Shown one piece after another: positions 10,335 to 21,600 of a stretch of 64,000 nucleotides of DNA. Source of the stretch: Spirochaetia bacterium (GTDB taxonomy: Bacteria; Spirochaetota; Spirochaetia; SZUA-6; Bin103). Both the position numbers and the translations under genes were made by a program. How positions within the stretch are numbered: the stretch's first letter is position 1; the number at the start of each line of letters is the position of its first letter. Location: the NCBI GenBank assembly GCA_965198005.1, contig CBDAOI010000004.1, positions 960,001-1,024,000 on the forward strand, in the 5' to 3' direction. Below the pieces are notes generated by a model that did no database searches, was not told where the DNA came from, and worked only from the letters and a program-made list of their open reading frames with translations.

Positions 10335-10937
10335 TCAGATGAGACTTCGCGAAATCGTCTTCATGAAGTTCGCCCAGCCGACGAACATCTGCCCTCCGGC
10401 AATCCCAAATGCCAGGGCACTTTGCGCCGGTATGATGCGATTGGATGCGGTCACAATTTGGTTTCTCCTTATCTCCTCAGCGGACCGCTTTGACTGGTGT
10501 ACGATGAAATTGCGCAAGTGGCGTAGGTCGTCGAGCAACCACGGAGTCACACCCAGCGTCATCGAGATTCGGCAGAAATTGGATAGTAGTAGTCGATCGG
10601 CTGCGTCTATGGCTTCAGTCGGACGATACCAATTCGGTTCCTTGTTTCTTTTTCTGTACAGACTGACTAGTAAGTGGCTAGCCCTCTCGCGGTTTGCAGG
10701 CTTAGACGGCAGGCCTGATGTGACTGTTCCATTTCGATCGTTGAAACGACCCGTAGCACAATCCAAAATAAAGAATCGGACAAACTGCTCCCATTCAATT
10801 TGAAGCTGAACAATGGCTCTCTCTATAAGTAAAATGTCAATCACACTCACTCGCGGGCTCCGAGCGTGGTTGCGAATTCTATCCACTTGCACGTCGATGT
10901 TGCGATGCAATCTCCACACATGCTTATGAAAATGCAT
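10335..10937 (-). CDS. HEPN-like predicted nuclease
   Basis: Rx4H motif RNFIVH in a helical protein; N-terminal EWEQF; overlaps the DUF262 stop. Confidence 0.6.
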   Translation of the reverse strand: MHFHKHVWRLHRNIDVQVDRIRNHARSPRVSVIDILLIERAIVQLQIEWEQFVRFFILDCATGRFNDRNGTVTSGLPSKPANRERASHLLVSLYRKRNKEPNWYRPTEAIDAADRLLLSNFCRISMTLGVTPWLLDDLRHLRNFIVHQSKRSAEEIRRNQIVTASNRIIPAQSALAFGIAGGQMFVGWANFMKTISRSLI

Positions 10938-11991
10938 GCCCAAGCGCTCTTACCAATGTTTGCAGGCGAGGTTGGCGTGATGAGAGTCTATGTGTCGAAC
11001 TTTGGGTTGCTTTAACAAAGGCATGGTATCTCGTTTCGTTTGTGGCATCTTCGTTATCATCAAAGGCTTGCGCAATCTGAGAGAGTTCATCCAGTGCGGT
11101 TTCCCAGTCTATTCCGATACCGGACAAACCCTCGATGCCTTTTGTTGCACGACTGGACGGTAACCACCCCTTGAGGAAAGCGACGGCGGAAAACAGAGTT
11201 AGGAAGTTCGGTGCATCAAAGAAGATTGTGTTGTAAAAATCGTCCTTCAGGTGTACGAGGATTTCGTTGATGATGGCGTCTATATGTTTGCGGACCGGAC
11301 GGAAGAATCCCTCTTTTCTTGACTTCCGTTCCTTGTAGTAGCTTCCAATTTTTTGCTCGCCCCCATCACCGAATCCTTTGTCCAAGGCCATGAACATCTC
11401 GGCAATGACGGAAGTGTGCTTCAGACGAACGCTTTCTCGAATTGATACGACGCCTAGATCATGCCAAAGCGTACTCCAATGTACGGCCGTATCGTAGATA
11501 GCCCACTTCACGGGTTCGGAATACTGAGCATGCCTCAGTTCGGCAGGTGTGATCTTTACACTGTACGAATTGAGACGGGCGAATATTTCCAATATGTTTT
11601 CATCATTTGCGTTAATCAACTGAACGACAGGAACCTTGTATGAGAGGAAACACTCTTTCTCATCATCGTTCAGATCGTCGTATCTTTTCCCTTCGTATTT
11701 CGGTGCCTTGGACGTCAGCTTCAACCTGCCGGATGCGAACTCCAAGATCGCTCGTAAGCGCTGTTGCCCATCCACAACTTCTCTGATCGTCGTCTGAGCT
11801 GTTGCATCTATTCGAGTCCGGAAGAAAATCTGTGGCATCGGCAGATCATGTAGGATCGTATCGATCAAGTATACCTTCGCCGTGGGAGTCCAGACAGACC
11901 CGCGCTGAAAATCAGGCGATAACTTAAGCTGTCTCCTTGCAGCCCAGTCAATAAAGTCGGAAATCGTATAGGTCTGTGGCATGCTCGACAT
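10924..11991 (-). CDS. DUF262 (ParB/GmrS-like) domain protein
   Basis: PDFQRGSVW, VVDGQQRL, IFARLN motifs; GC content lower than flanks. Confidence 0.88.
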   Translation of the reverse strand: MSSMPQTYTISDFIDWAARRQLKLSPDFQRGSVWTPTAKVYLIDTILHDLPMPQIFFRTRIDATAQTTIREVVDGQQRLRAILEFASGRLKLTSKAPKYEGKRYDDLNDDEKECFLSYKVPVVQLINANDENILEIFARLNSYSVKITPAELRHAQYSEPVKWAIYDTAVHWSTLWHDLGVVSIRESVRLKHTSVIAEMFMALDKGFGDGGEQKIGSYYKERKSRKEGFFRPVRKHIDAIINEILVHLKDDFYNTIFFDAPNFLTLFSAVAFLKGWLPSSRATKGIEGLSGIGIDWETALDELSQIAQAFDDNEDATNETRYHAFVKATQSSTHRLSSRQPRLQTLVRALGHAFS

Positions 11992-12259
11992 TTGCCTGCC
12001 TCCAAGAAGTGTGTCGCCGCTATTTGGGCCTGTCCAGTTGTCAATAACCCCGGCAATCTATAGCGGTCAAATGGGAAATCGATACTGTTCCGCGTCCTGT
12101 ATACGAATTGCCCTCGTATACCATAGCTTGGGTTGTCGGTCAAGGAGCGCAGTATAAGAGCGGTCGTTGTCCCACTGGGCATCCGCCCATCAATGTCCTA
12201 CTAACGCAGGAGGGGCGGTTCATGTCGGCGCCGGAGGGGAGAGCGGCGTCCCGGGCGGC

Positions 12260-13483
12260 TCAGAAGGTCCAGTCGAACTGGGCGGGCGGGAGCGCCAGGG
12301 CGCGGTCGAGCGCGGCCAGCAGGTCGGGCGGCGCGGTGAGCTGGTCGGTGATGGCGACGGCGCCGGCCGGGCGGGCGCCGAGCCAGACGCGCGAGAACGC
12401 GCCCACCGCGGCGCGCAGCGTGGGCAGGCGCGGGTGGCTGCCGGGCGTGGCGGTGGAGCGGGCGCCGAGGCGCACCAGGTAGCTGCCGCCGGCCCCGCGC
12501 CAGCCGCCGGCGGGCAGGTAGGCCGCGATCGGGTCGGTCAGCTCCAGGTTGAAGGCCACCTCGGCGTGCGCCTCGACCGCGGCCACGCACGCCGGCAGGT
12601 CGAGCACGCGCGCCTGATAGTTGGCTTCGCTGCGCACGCCGTGCTCGTGCTCGGCGCGGCGGCTGCGCTCGTAGTTGCGGAACGGCCGGTCCAGCAGGTC
12701 CTGGAGCTGGATCGGCGGCGGCTCGTCCAGGCGCACGGTCTGCACCTGGTCGGAGAGCTGGTGCAGCAGCCCGAGCAGCTCCAGCAGCTCGCCGGCGTCC
12801 CGGTAGACCATCCAGTGCACGCGGTAGGGGCCGCTCTCGCCCTTGGCCTGGGCCCAGAAGTAGTGGGTCAGGCGGCCGTTCTCGCGGTAGCCGAGGCCGA
12901 ACCCTTCCGCGGTGACCTGCATGGCGGCCCCGGTCACCGCCGGGTGCTCGAAGTTGACGCCGCCGTGCGGGCGCAGGCGCCGCCGGCGCGCCCGATGGGC
13001 CTCGGCCGCGTCGTCCAGCGTCAGCCGCTCGGGCGGGCGCGGGCGCCGGTCGATCCGCAGGGTGGCCGGATCGAAGGTGACGCGGTGCTGGTAGGCGAGC
13101 GAGCCGAACCCGAGCTGGTTGTAGAACCCCTGATCGAAGATGCCCAGACCGGCCACGGCCAGACCGCGCGCCGCGGCGTTCGCCAGGGCGGCGGCGGTAG
13201 TGCGGCTGGCGAGTCCGCGGCGGCGGGCGACGCGGCTGGTCGCCACCCCGGCGACGCCCGCGAACGGCAGCTCGCCCGCCTGGTAGCGGATGGTCCCGTC
13301 GTCCACCATCACCGCGCACTCCGCGGCGCCGTCCAACTCCGCCACCAGGGTGCGCGGCGCTACGATGTACGCGTCGAACTGGCGATCCGCCTTCTTCCGG
13401 TCCGGCGGCAGCCAGCCGATCTCGCGCCAGATCCGGATGACGTGGTCGCGGTCGCGCGCGGCTTCGTACGGGCGGATGGTCAC
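12260..13483 (-). CDS. Eis-like GNAT acetyltransferase with C-terminal SCP2-like domain
   Basis: VAGVATSRVARRRGLA, GFYNQLGFG, ARVLDLPAC; GTG start overlaps the upstream stop (GTGA). Confidence 0.8.
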   Translation of the reverse strand: MTIRPYEAARDRDHVIRIWREIGWLPPDRKKADRQFDAYIVAPRTLVAELDGAAECAVMVDDGTIRYQAGELPFAGVAGVATSRVARRRGLASRTTAAALANAAARGLAVAGLGIFDQGFYNQLGFGSLAYQHRVTFDPATLRIDRRPRPPERLTLDDAAEAHRARRRRLRPHGGVNFEHPAVTGAAMQVTAEGFGLGYRENGRLTHYFWAQAKGESGPYRVHWMVYRDAGELLELLGLLHQLSDQVQTVRLDEPPPIQLQDLLDRPFRNYERSRRAEHEHGVRSEANYQARVLDLPACVAAVEAHAEVAFNLELTDPIAAYLPAGGWRGAGGSYLVRLGARSTATPGSHPRLPTLRAAVGAFSRVWLGARPAGAVAITDQLTAPPDLLAALDRALALPPAQFDWTF

Positions 13484-14559
13484 GCCAGGACTACCTCCCG
13501 CCCGCTGGCCGCGCTTTCGTACAGCGCGTCGATGATCCGCAGCGAGGTCACCGCCTGACCGGGCGGCGCGCTGGAGGGGCGGCCGTCGATCACGCTGTCG
13601 ATGAACTCGTCGTAGGAGGTGCGCGCCTGGTCCGGCCCGGGCCGCAGCTCGGTGACCTGAAACGAGCCCGCGGCATCGTGGCGGTACAGCTCCGCCTTGA
13701 ACTGGTGGAGGTTGCGCAGGTTGCGCTGCAGCATACCCCCGGCGGTGCCGAACACCCAGGTCTCCATCCGCTCCGCGCGCGGCTGGTTCAGGTCCCAGCT
13801 CGACTCCAGCACCAGGCTGGCGCCGTTGGCGAAGCGCACGAACCCCACCGCCAGATCCTCCACGTCCACGGCCACCCCGGTGCGGCGCGCGTAAGCCCGC
13901 CCCATGGCGTGGTAGGTGGCGCCGCTGACCGCGGCCACCGGCGGAAACCCCATGAACCAGAGCGCGAGGTCGAGGCGGTGCACGCCGAGATCGATCAGCG
14001 CGCCGCCGCCGGCGGCCGCGCGCTGCACCAGCCAGTTGGCGGTGCCGCCGCGGCGCACGCCGGGAATGCCGCGGCTGCGGTGCCACACCGAGCGGGCGAA
14101 GTACACCTCGCCGAGCGCGCCGCCGTCCACCGCCACCTTCAGCGCCTGGCTGGCGGGGACGAACCGGATGTTGTGGTTCACCATCAGCACCCGCCGCGCG
14201 CGCAGCGCGGCCGCCTCCATCTCGCGCGCCTGGACGGCGTTCACGGCCAGCGGCTTCTCGCACAGCACGTGCAGCCCCGCCTCCAGCGCGGCCAGCGTCA
14301 GCTCGCAGTGGCTGGCGTTGGGGGTGGCGATGCTCACCACGTCCACCTCGCCGCTGCGCAGCAGCTCGTAGGGGTCGGCAAAGGTGTGGGGCGCCGTCAG
14401 GCGCACCGCGGTGGCCGCCAGCCGGGCGGCGTCGACGTCGCACAGGGCGTTGAGCGTGGTGCGGCTGCCCTCGTGATAGGCCGCGGCGTGACCGTAGCCG
14501 CGGCCCAGCCCGATCACGCCGGCGCGCACCGGCGGCGCCACGCGCGCGAAGCCGCTCAT
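13480..14559 (-). CDS. Gfo/Idh/MocA oxidoreductase
   Basis: GVIGLGRG, HVLCEKPL, GGGALIDLGVHRLD. Confidence 0.92.
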   Translation of the reverse strand: MSGFARVAPPVRAGVIGLGRGYGHAAAYHEGSRTTLNALCDVDAARLAATAVRLTAPHTFADPYELLRSGEVDVVSIATPNASHCELTLAALEAGLHVLCEKPLAVNAVQAREMEAAALRARRVLMVNHNIRFVPASQALKVAVDGGALGEVYFARSVWHRSRGIPGVRRGGTANWLVQRAAAGGGALIDLGVHRLDLALWFMGFPPVAAVSGATYHAMGRAYARRTGVAVDVEDLAVGFVRFANGASLVLESSWDLNQPRAERMETWVFGTAGGMLQRNLRNLHQFKAELYRHDAAGSFQVTELRPGPDQARTSYDEFIDSVIDGRPSSAPPGQAVTSLRIIDALYESAASGREVVLA

Positions 14560-14573
14560 CGGCTGCGCCCGCC

Positions 14574-16087
14574 CTCAGGCCCTGGCGCCGGGGCGCACCG
14601 GCGCGGGCGGGGGTGCGGGGGCGGCATCGGCGGCCTGCGCGGCGGGGCGGGGCGCGCCGTTGTCCACCGCACCCGGCGGCGCTCCGTCCGCGTGCCGGGT
14701 GCTGCGGGCGCCCCGGGCGGGGCGGGGGAACCGCCGGCAGCCGGGCGAAGGTGCGGCGCAGCAGCAGATAGCCGAACGCGAAGGCGATCAGGTTGGCCGC
14801 GACGATCGCCAGCCACACGGCGACGATCGGGGCCGGCTGACCGGCCGTGCCCAGCCCGCGGGTCACCAGCAGCGCGGCGCCCAGCATGATGCCCACCCGC
14901 AGCGCGTACACGGCGAACCCGCGCCACGACTTGCCCATCGCCTGGAACGCGCTCACGATCACGAACAGCGCGCCTACCACCCCGTAGGTGAACGGCACCG
15001 TGATCAGGTAGGAGCGGCCGTAGGCGATCACCAGCGGGTCGGCGGTGAACACCTGCACGATCAGGCCGCGCACCGCGACCGCCCCCAGTCCCACCAGCGA
15101 CCCCAGCGCGAACGCGGCCAGCATGTTGGTCCGCCAGGAGAGGCGGGCACGGTCGAGCCGTCCGCCGCCGAGGTTCTGGCCGATCAGCGCCAGCGCCGCG
15201 ACCCCGAAGCCGATCGCCGGCAGGAACGAGAAGAACTCGATGCGGAAGCCGATCGACAGTCCCACCACCCCGGCTTCCAGGAACGTCAGCGCCACCAGCT
15301 TGTTGAGCACGGCCAGCCCGGCCGGGTTGAGCATGTTGGTGAGCGCGGCCGGAAACCCGATCTTCAGCACCTGCCGCACCGACCGCCAGCGCAGCACCAG
15401 GTTGCGGAACCGGAACCGCACCAGCATGTTGCGCACCTTGAGCAGGGTCACCCCCGCCACCACCAGCACCACCTGCGAGAGGATGGTGGCCACCGCGGCG
15501 CCGCGCACCCCCATCGCCGGCAGCCCCAGCTCGCCGAAGATCAGCAGCGGATCGAGAATGGCGTTGAGCGTGGTGGAGATCGCGAACAGCCAGGTGACGG
15601 TGGTGTTGTCGCCCTGCGAGTTGAAGCCGAAGATCACCGCGAAGAACACGAACACCAGCACCGACCCGCCGGTCACGATGGTGAAGTACTCCAGCGCCAG
15701 CGGCAGGATGTCGCCGGTGGCCCCGGTCAGGGTCAGCAGCGGCCGCCGGAACGCCAGCGCCATGGCGGTGAAGAACGCCGCCGCCAGGATGTTGAGCACG
15801 AACGACTGCCCCAGGATCCGCTCCGCCTCGGGCAGGTCGCGCCGCCCGATGCAGGTCGCCATCAGCACCCCCGAGCCCACGGTGATCCCGATGGTGAGCG
15901 AGATCATCACGAACAGGGTGATCTGCGACACCGTGACCGCCGCAATGGCTGCGTCCGAGATCCGGCTCACCCAGAACGCGTCCACCAACTGGTACAGCGT
16001 ATGGAAGAAGATCGACAGCATCACCGGCCACGCCAGTGACCAGCTCAGATGCCGTATCGAGCCGCCGGTGAGGTTGCGCCCGCGCAT
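14574..16087 (-). CDS. MATE-family efflux transporter; 3' end affected by an apparent frameshift near 14720
   Basis: NLTGGSI..LAWP, LNAILDPLLIFG..GVRGAAVAT, IGQNLG; no in-frame stop after the last TM; a Pro/Ala tail ends at ~14574 in another frame. Confidence 0.85.
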
Positions 16088-16231
16088 GGTGCGGAAAGCT
16101 ACTACACTTGCCCCCCCGCGGCTACGCCCAAGCGCCGACGTCGAGCCTCGGGGCGCCGTCCGGCGAGTCCCTCCACCGAGTTTCGTTCGACCGTGGCGCA
16201 GTCGCTCGGGCGCGCGTCGGGATGTCGGGCC

Positions 16232-17113
16232 CTATCGAAATCGAAGCTCCTTCCCGTTATAGGTAGCCGTGACTCCCTGGCACGTGTAGTCGAGCAGCAG
16301 TCGGTTGGCAAAGGAATCTTCCAAGCGGAGCTGCCCACTCGAGAACCCCGTTGGGCAGGTGTAGCCGAGGGTCTGCCGAAGATCCCGCGATGCTACCGCA
16401 ACGTCGTAGGTCCTGCTACCAACCGTATACTTCAACCGCGTGCCCGAGTGAAAGCGGTATTCTCTCGGGTAAGGGGAATCTGTCTTGAAGGAATGGCCGC
16501 CGGCCCACTGCAGGCGATACTTCTGCTCCCCGGACACGGATAGTCTGCTGTCGTAGTCGACGGCAACCACCTGAAACCCACTGTCAATCGTGTACACCTC
16601 CTCGAAGGAGTCGGATTGCACTACCGGCTGGCCGACGACCGTCCACGTTCGGCTGCCCGCGAACGTGCCGGCTGAGTCCGGATCACTGTCGTCATGATCC
16701 CAGTACGACCTCTCGTATACCACAGTTACGTTGGAGTTGCTACATTCGCCCCGCTCTGAGCCGTCAACTGGAAATGTATCCCCATCGGCATTGGTCAAAT
16801 CCCCCGTCACTGTAGCTGCGGGGCAATTGACGAGGGACCGGTCAGGGGCAGAATCGAGGAGCAGAAGCAGATTGAAGAGACCGAACGCAGGCGCAAGCAA
16901 CCGAGACGTTCTGGACTCTGACTCCGATTCCGGATCATTCATGACCAACACCAAGTCCCGGGCCACGGCCTCGGTCATCGGAAGGTCGGACGGCGTTTCA
17001 TCGGACGCTACGGTTCCATTCCCCATTCCCATGTCCGGGCAACCCGCCAGGAGCAGGGCGATAATACACAGCACAACCCCGGCGTACGGGATTGGTCGAA
17101 TCCCCATCAACAT
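16232..17113 (-). CDS. Hypothetical lipoprotein
   Basis: Hydrophobic signal and lipobox LLAGC; Cys-containing, beta-rich mature part. Confidence 0.65.
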   Translation of the reverse strand: MLMGIRPIPYAGVVLCIIALLLAGCPDMGMGNGTVASDETPSDLPMTEAVARDLVLVMNDPESESESRTSRLLAPAFGLFNLLLLLDSAPDRSLVNCPAATVTGDLTNADGDTFPVDGSERGECSNSNVTVVYERSYWDHDDSDPDSAGTFAGSRTWTVVGQPVVQSDSFEEVYTIDSGFQVVAVDYDSRLSVSGEQKYRLQWAGGHSFKTDSPYPREYRFHSGTRLKYTVGSRTYDVAVASRDLRQTLGYTCPTGFSSGQLRLEDSFANRLLLDYTCQGVTATYNGKELRFR

Positions 17114-17476
17114 ATGAACATAATACATAATACCGCATAGCAATAGTCTGCACATGACGGTCAAGAAAGTCAAGTGGGGGCGGTCTTGCTGTATGTGAGC
17201 CGATAGACCGCTACCTGAACCGAGGAACATAACCGACGACACGGGTACGGGCATGGGGCACCCTCTCGAACAGTTCGCGCTGGGCGACCAACCGTTTGAA
17301 CGGACGCCGCACATGCGACCAACACCCCACGTGCCAAAGACTGCACGGGCGGTCGTATGCATCGTAGCCGTCGGTCTGCACGTAGCCCTGGTAGTCGCCG
17401 ATGATCTCGGTAGCTACGCACCCGCCGCGGCCCGGCTCATACCGGTACCGGCGCGCGGCACGGTGCTCGGACTGGT

Positions 17477-17636
17477 CTCATTACCCCTCATGGGGATCGA
17501 AAACGCCCGCCACCGACGCGCTCGGGCCGGTGCTGCGCGACCGCTCATTACCCCTCATGGGGATCGAAAACCGCTGGAGCCGGAGGTGCTCCGGCGCTAC
17601 CTGGCGCGCTCATTACCCCTCATGGGGATCGAAAAC
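17477..17636. CRISPR. Orphan CRISPR mini-array: 3 repeats, 2 spacers
   Basis: Identical 28-nt repeat CTCATTACCCCTCATGGGGATCGAAAAC at 17477, 17544 and 17609; unique spacers of 39 and 37 nt; CCCC/GGGG hairpin. Confidence 0.85.
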
Positions 17637-17879
17637 CCCCCTATCTCAGCGACAGACTTGCCGTTTCGTGGCACTTGTGGCGGTGCCCGACAACTGCACG
17701 ATACCGCGGGAGATACCCTTCACTCCTATTTGTGCGCTTGAGCCACGGGCGAGCAGGGGTTTTCTGCTCCGGCGCTGGGTGGTCTCAGACGAGTGAACAG
17801 TTCTTCCCATGCCAACTGTCGGCCTGCTGACTCATCTGACCGCCAAGCAGCTCCTTGCTGAGTCTGGCTACCTCCACGT

Positions 17880-18050
17880 TGTGACGGTTCCTGCATACGA
17901 GCTTAAGAATCTTGTCTTCAGGTCCTCCTCGGCGAACCACAGCAGCCCCTGGTCGCGTTCATACTCCCGCTCACTGGACTGGTCGGTGTTGCTCAGCAGC
18001 GCCACGGTGCCCTGCTCGGCTGACAGGGGGATGTCGCCGGAGCCCTCCAT
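17880..18050 (-). pseudogene. Short cdiA fragment (FHA-2/DUF637-region copy)
   Basis: GSGDIPLSAEQGTVALLSNTDQSSEREYERDQGLLWFAEED matches cdiA at ~31790-31900. Confidence 0.75.
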
Positions 18051-18268
18051 ATGTACGGCAGTCAGGCGGCGGTGAGCAGGGCATTTCCCGGCTCGAAGCC
18101 CCCGTCTGTGCCCTCCTGCGCCTCGCCGAGTTCAGCCTCCATTCCCGCGGCGACTATGGCGCGTGCCAGCTCAGCACACAATCGGATCCTCGACACTTTC
18201 GTTTCTGTTCACCGTGCTGCTACAAGTCTACGACTGATTCTACGTGAAGTACTCTCTCCCGTTCGAGC

Positions 18269-18679
18269 CTAACCCCATAACTGTTTCATTCTGTTTCTAG
18301 TGATCTTCTTGAGCTCGAGATGGGTCTCTGCCAAGTTATCAGGCATGAATACTCTCCTAATGTCTGCAATCAGGTCTCTAATGAATTGAATATTGTCAAG
18401 GTCAAGAAATGACCGGAAATCATCCTCCGACGTTAGGAAATGACGAACGATTTCGATGGAGTACCAGCCCAACTTCTTTCGTCGGTCTTCATACGATTTG
18501 AAGTCACAGAAAAGTTGCTCCCGATCCCTTACTAATCGAATCATAACGATCTCGTCAGTGAGTACTATGAGTCCATTACCGCCGAAGGATCTGGAGTGTC
18601 TCGAGTCGACAATCCTAAACTCATGGTCTTTGTAAAGGAAAGACAAATGCTCCAATAGCAATCTAAGGATCTGATCCAC
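18269..18679 (-). CDS. Putative immunity protein for orphan cassette A
   Basis: Low-GC 136-aa ORF starting 2 nt after the read-through toxin stop at 18681. Confidence 0.65.
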   Translation of the reverse strand: MDQILRLLLEHLSFLYKDHEFRIVDSRHSRSFGGNGLIVLTDEIVMIRLVRDREQLFCDFKSYEDRRKKLGWYSIEIVRHFLTSEDDFRSFLDLDNIQFIRDLIADIRRVFMPDNLAETHLELKKITRNRMKQLWG

Positions 18680-18680
18680 T

Positions 18681-21600
18681 TCAGTATTCCTCCCTTGCTC
18701 GCAACGTCCACTGGTTTACCCACACGTAGCCGCGGTGATTGATCAGATACTCTACTTCTCTATGCAGCCAAGAATCCCCACGAATTCTATCTTTCGGCGT
18801 CGAGAGAAGAATCTGGTCACCTCTGTCAGCTATAGTATCGAGGAAGTGACGGTTCGCAGCCCATCGCTGTTCATCGTTTAGCTCATCCCAGGCACTGCCG
18901 ATATCAAAATAGCTCGCCCCTCAATCTATACCCGTCTCAATGTAGCCTGGATAACTACCTAACACCGCAGTGCCACTGCCTGTCAAGTGTGACTCGGACA
19001 GACCTACAATATGTTGAGGTAGTGTCGAGGCCGTTGGTGTGTGCGACGATGACTGAGCTTGTAACTCTCTGAAGGCTGCGACGGTAGCTTCCGGAATATA
19101 GAGCGAGACGATCCGCCCTGCTCCTCTCAATTGGTCACGTGTATGTGGATCGAGTTCGTTCCAATGCCTCCTGATCGGTTCGCCAGTAACTTCGTCGATA
19201 TACGTAACTACCGAATCGATTGTTCCTCCGGCCGCGGCAAGTATGCGAAGAACGTCTTGAGTGAGGTCCGAGTACTCGTCAGCAAACCACGATATGGCTG
19301 ACACAGCCTGTGCCGCCAGTGCTTGGCTCACGGGATTGTCGCCGCCGGCTTGCTCGATGCGGGTAACGAACTCGCGCATCGCAAGGGGGACCTCTGCGCC
19401 AAACCAGCGCGCCGTGGCGGCAGCGTAAGAGGCGATCGCTTGGCTCAGGGGATCGTTGCTCGCACCCATCTCGGCTAAACCCGCAAGAATGTTGCCTTGT
19501 CCTCGTTGGTAAGCTCTGATCACGAGGACGATGCGGAAGACGTTGTTCTCGGCGGCAGCGGCGCCGGCCTGGGCCGCGAGCTCCGCCTGACCGCCGGCTA
19601 CGCCCACTACAAGGCCGCTCGCCAAGCGCGCGAGATCCACACCGGCAGCTTTCATGGCGTCGAGTTGCTGGAATAGTTCGCCGAACGATAAAGTTCCGGC
19701 TTCGGCATCCTCTATCCATTTGATGATCCGCTGGCGGTAGAGGAGTGCGGTGGCTTCGCCGATGACGGCGCCGGCGGCGGCGGAGGGGCAGTCGTCGGCG
19801 GCGAGCAGGCCGGTGGCGCAGCCGAGGGCGGCGTGGGCGATCAACTGGCCGGCGGTGTCGAGGTCGCCGTTGTCGACTGCGGCGCCGATCTCCTGGGCGA
19901 GGTTCTCGCCGAGCACGCCGGCGGCCTCGGCCCGCAGCGACGACAGCAGCGCGTCGACCAGCGCTTCGCCTTCGATCAGGGTCGACACGCCGGTGTCCAC
20001 CGCGGTGCTGATCAGACTCTGCTGCAGGTCCTCCGCCACCCGCTCCGCCAGCGGCGCGGTGCTCACCAGCTCGCCACCCAGCCCTGCCGCCGCCGTCAGC
20101 CCGGTGGTCAGCCCCGCGGTCAGCATCGCCGTACCCAACGTGGTCAGGGTCTCCAGCGCGGCAAGCTGCTGCAGCGTCGCGCCGATGTCCCCCAGGTTGT
20201 TCACCAGCAGCACCGCGGCTCGGTTTACCAGCGAGGTAAGCCCCGCCTGGATCGCACCCTGCACCCCCGCCTGTAGCGCAACGTTGGCCCCCAGCGACAG
20301 CGCGTTGGTGATGCTCGCCGCCGCCCCCGAGAGCGCGCCGCCGGTGGCAACCCCCACGATCAGGCTCACCAGCGCCGCGCCGGTTGCCGTCAGCCCTTGC
20401 GACTCGTAGTCCCACTCCTCGAAGGCGGCATCGAGGCCGTTCCAGTCGACGTTCGGGTCGTCGCGCAGTTGCTGCATCCAGGCCAGCTCCGGGGACTGCA
20501 CCAACTGGTTGAGCGACTCCTGCTGACTGCCGACGCGTTCGTACTCCACCACCACGCCGTCGCCGGCGACGATGGTCAGTTCGCCGCCCTGCTCGATGGT
20601 TACGTGCTCGATGCTCTCTTCGTTGTGCCCCTGGTCCTCCTCGGTGAACCACAGCACACCCTGGTCGTGTTCGTACTCCTGCTCGCTGGACAGGTCGGTG
20701 TTGCTCAGCAACGCCACCGTGCCCTGCTCGGCGGACAGGAGGATGTCGCCGGCGCTGTCCAGCTGTACGGCGTCGAGGGTGAGGTCGCCGGTGGCGGCGT
20801 CGATGGTCAGGTCGCCGCCGGCGTCGATGGTGGTGGGGCGGGTGTCGAGTTCGGCGTCCAGCTCGTGGATGCTGGTGCTGGTGCCGAACAATCCCAGGAA
20901 CCCGCCGCTCTCGGTCTCCATCTGGTACTCGTCGTGCTGGAAGTCCTGGACCGACTCGATGGTGGTATCGCCCAACGCGAACAGGGTGGCGTCGGCGTCG
21001 GCGGTGAGCTCGGCCCCCTGCAGGGTGAGGTCGCCGCCGGCGAGCATGGTCAGATCGCCGCCGGCGTCGAGGGTCGCCAGTTGGTTGATCAGGGCGCTGC
21101 TGTGCTCGAACCCGCCGTCGAACTCGAATTCGTGCTCGCTGGCAAGCTGCAGTGCCAGGATGGAGATGTCGCCGCCGGCCAGCAGCGTCATCTCGTCACC
21201 CGCACCGAACAAGCCGCCGATCGACTGAATGAAGCTGTCTGCGTCCAGGTGCAGGCTGCCGCCGGCGGTGATCTGCGCCACCTGCAGCATCTGGTCGGCG
21301 AACCCGCCGTCGAACTCGATGCGCTCCGACAACGTCTCGTTGAGAATGGCCCCCGCCGCGATACCGACGTCGCCACCGCCGGCCACGATCCCGGACTGGT
21401 TGGCGAACAGGCCGCCGGCGCTGATGCCGATGTCGCCCTCCGAGAGCAGGCTGCCGCCGATGTTCAGCAGATCGCCGGTGCTGATGGCGAGCGCGTCGGT
21501 GCCGGCGATGAGGCCGGAGTTGATGACGTGGGCGGCGTTGATGATGGTGGTGCTGCCGGTGATGCTGGCGCTGCCGAGGTCGAGGCTGTCGAGGGTGGAG

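Noticed and set aside
18921-18923. TGA as selenocysteine or recoded codon
   Set aside because: TGA is used as a normal stop throughout the window and there is no redox context; a nonsense mutation is simpler
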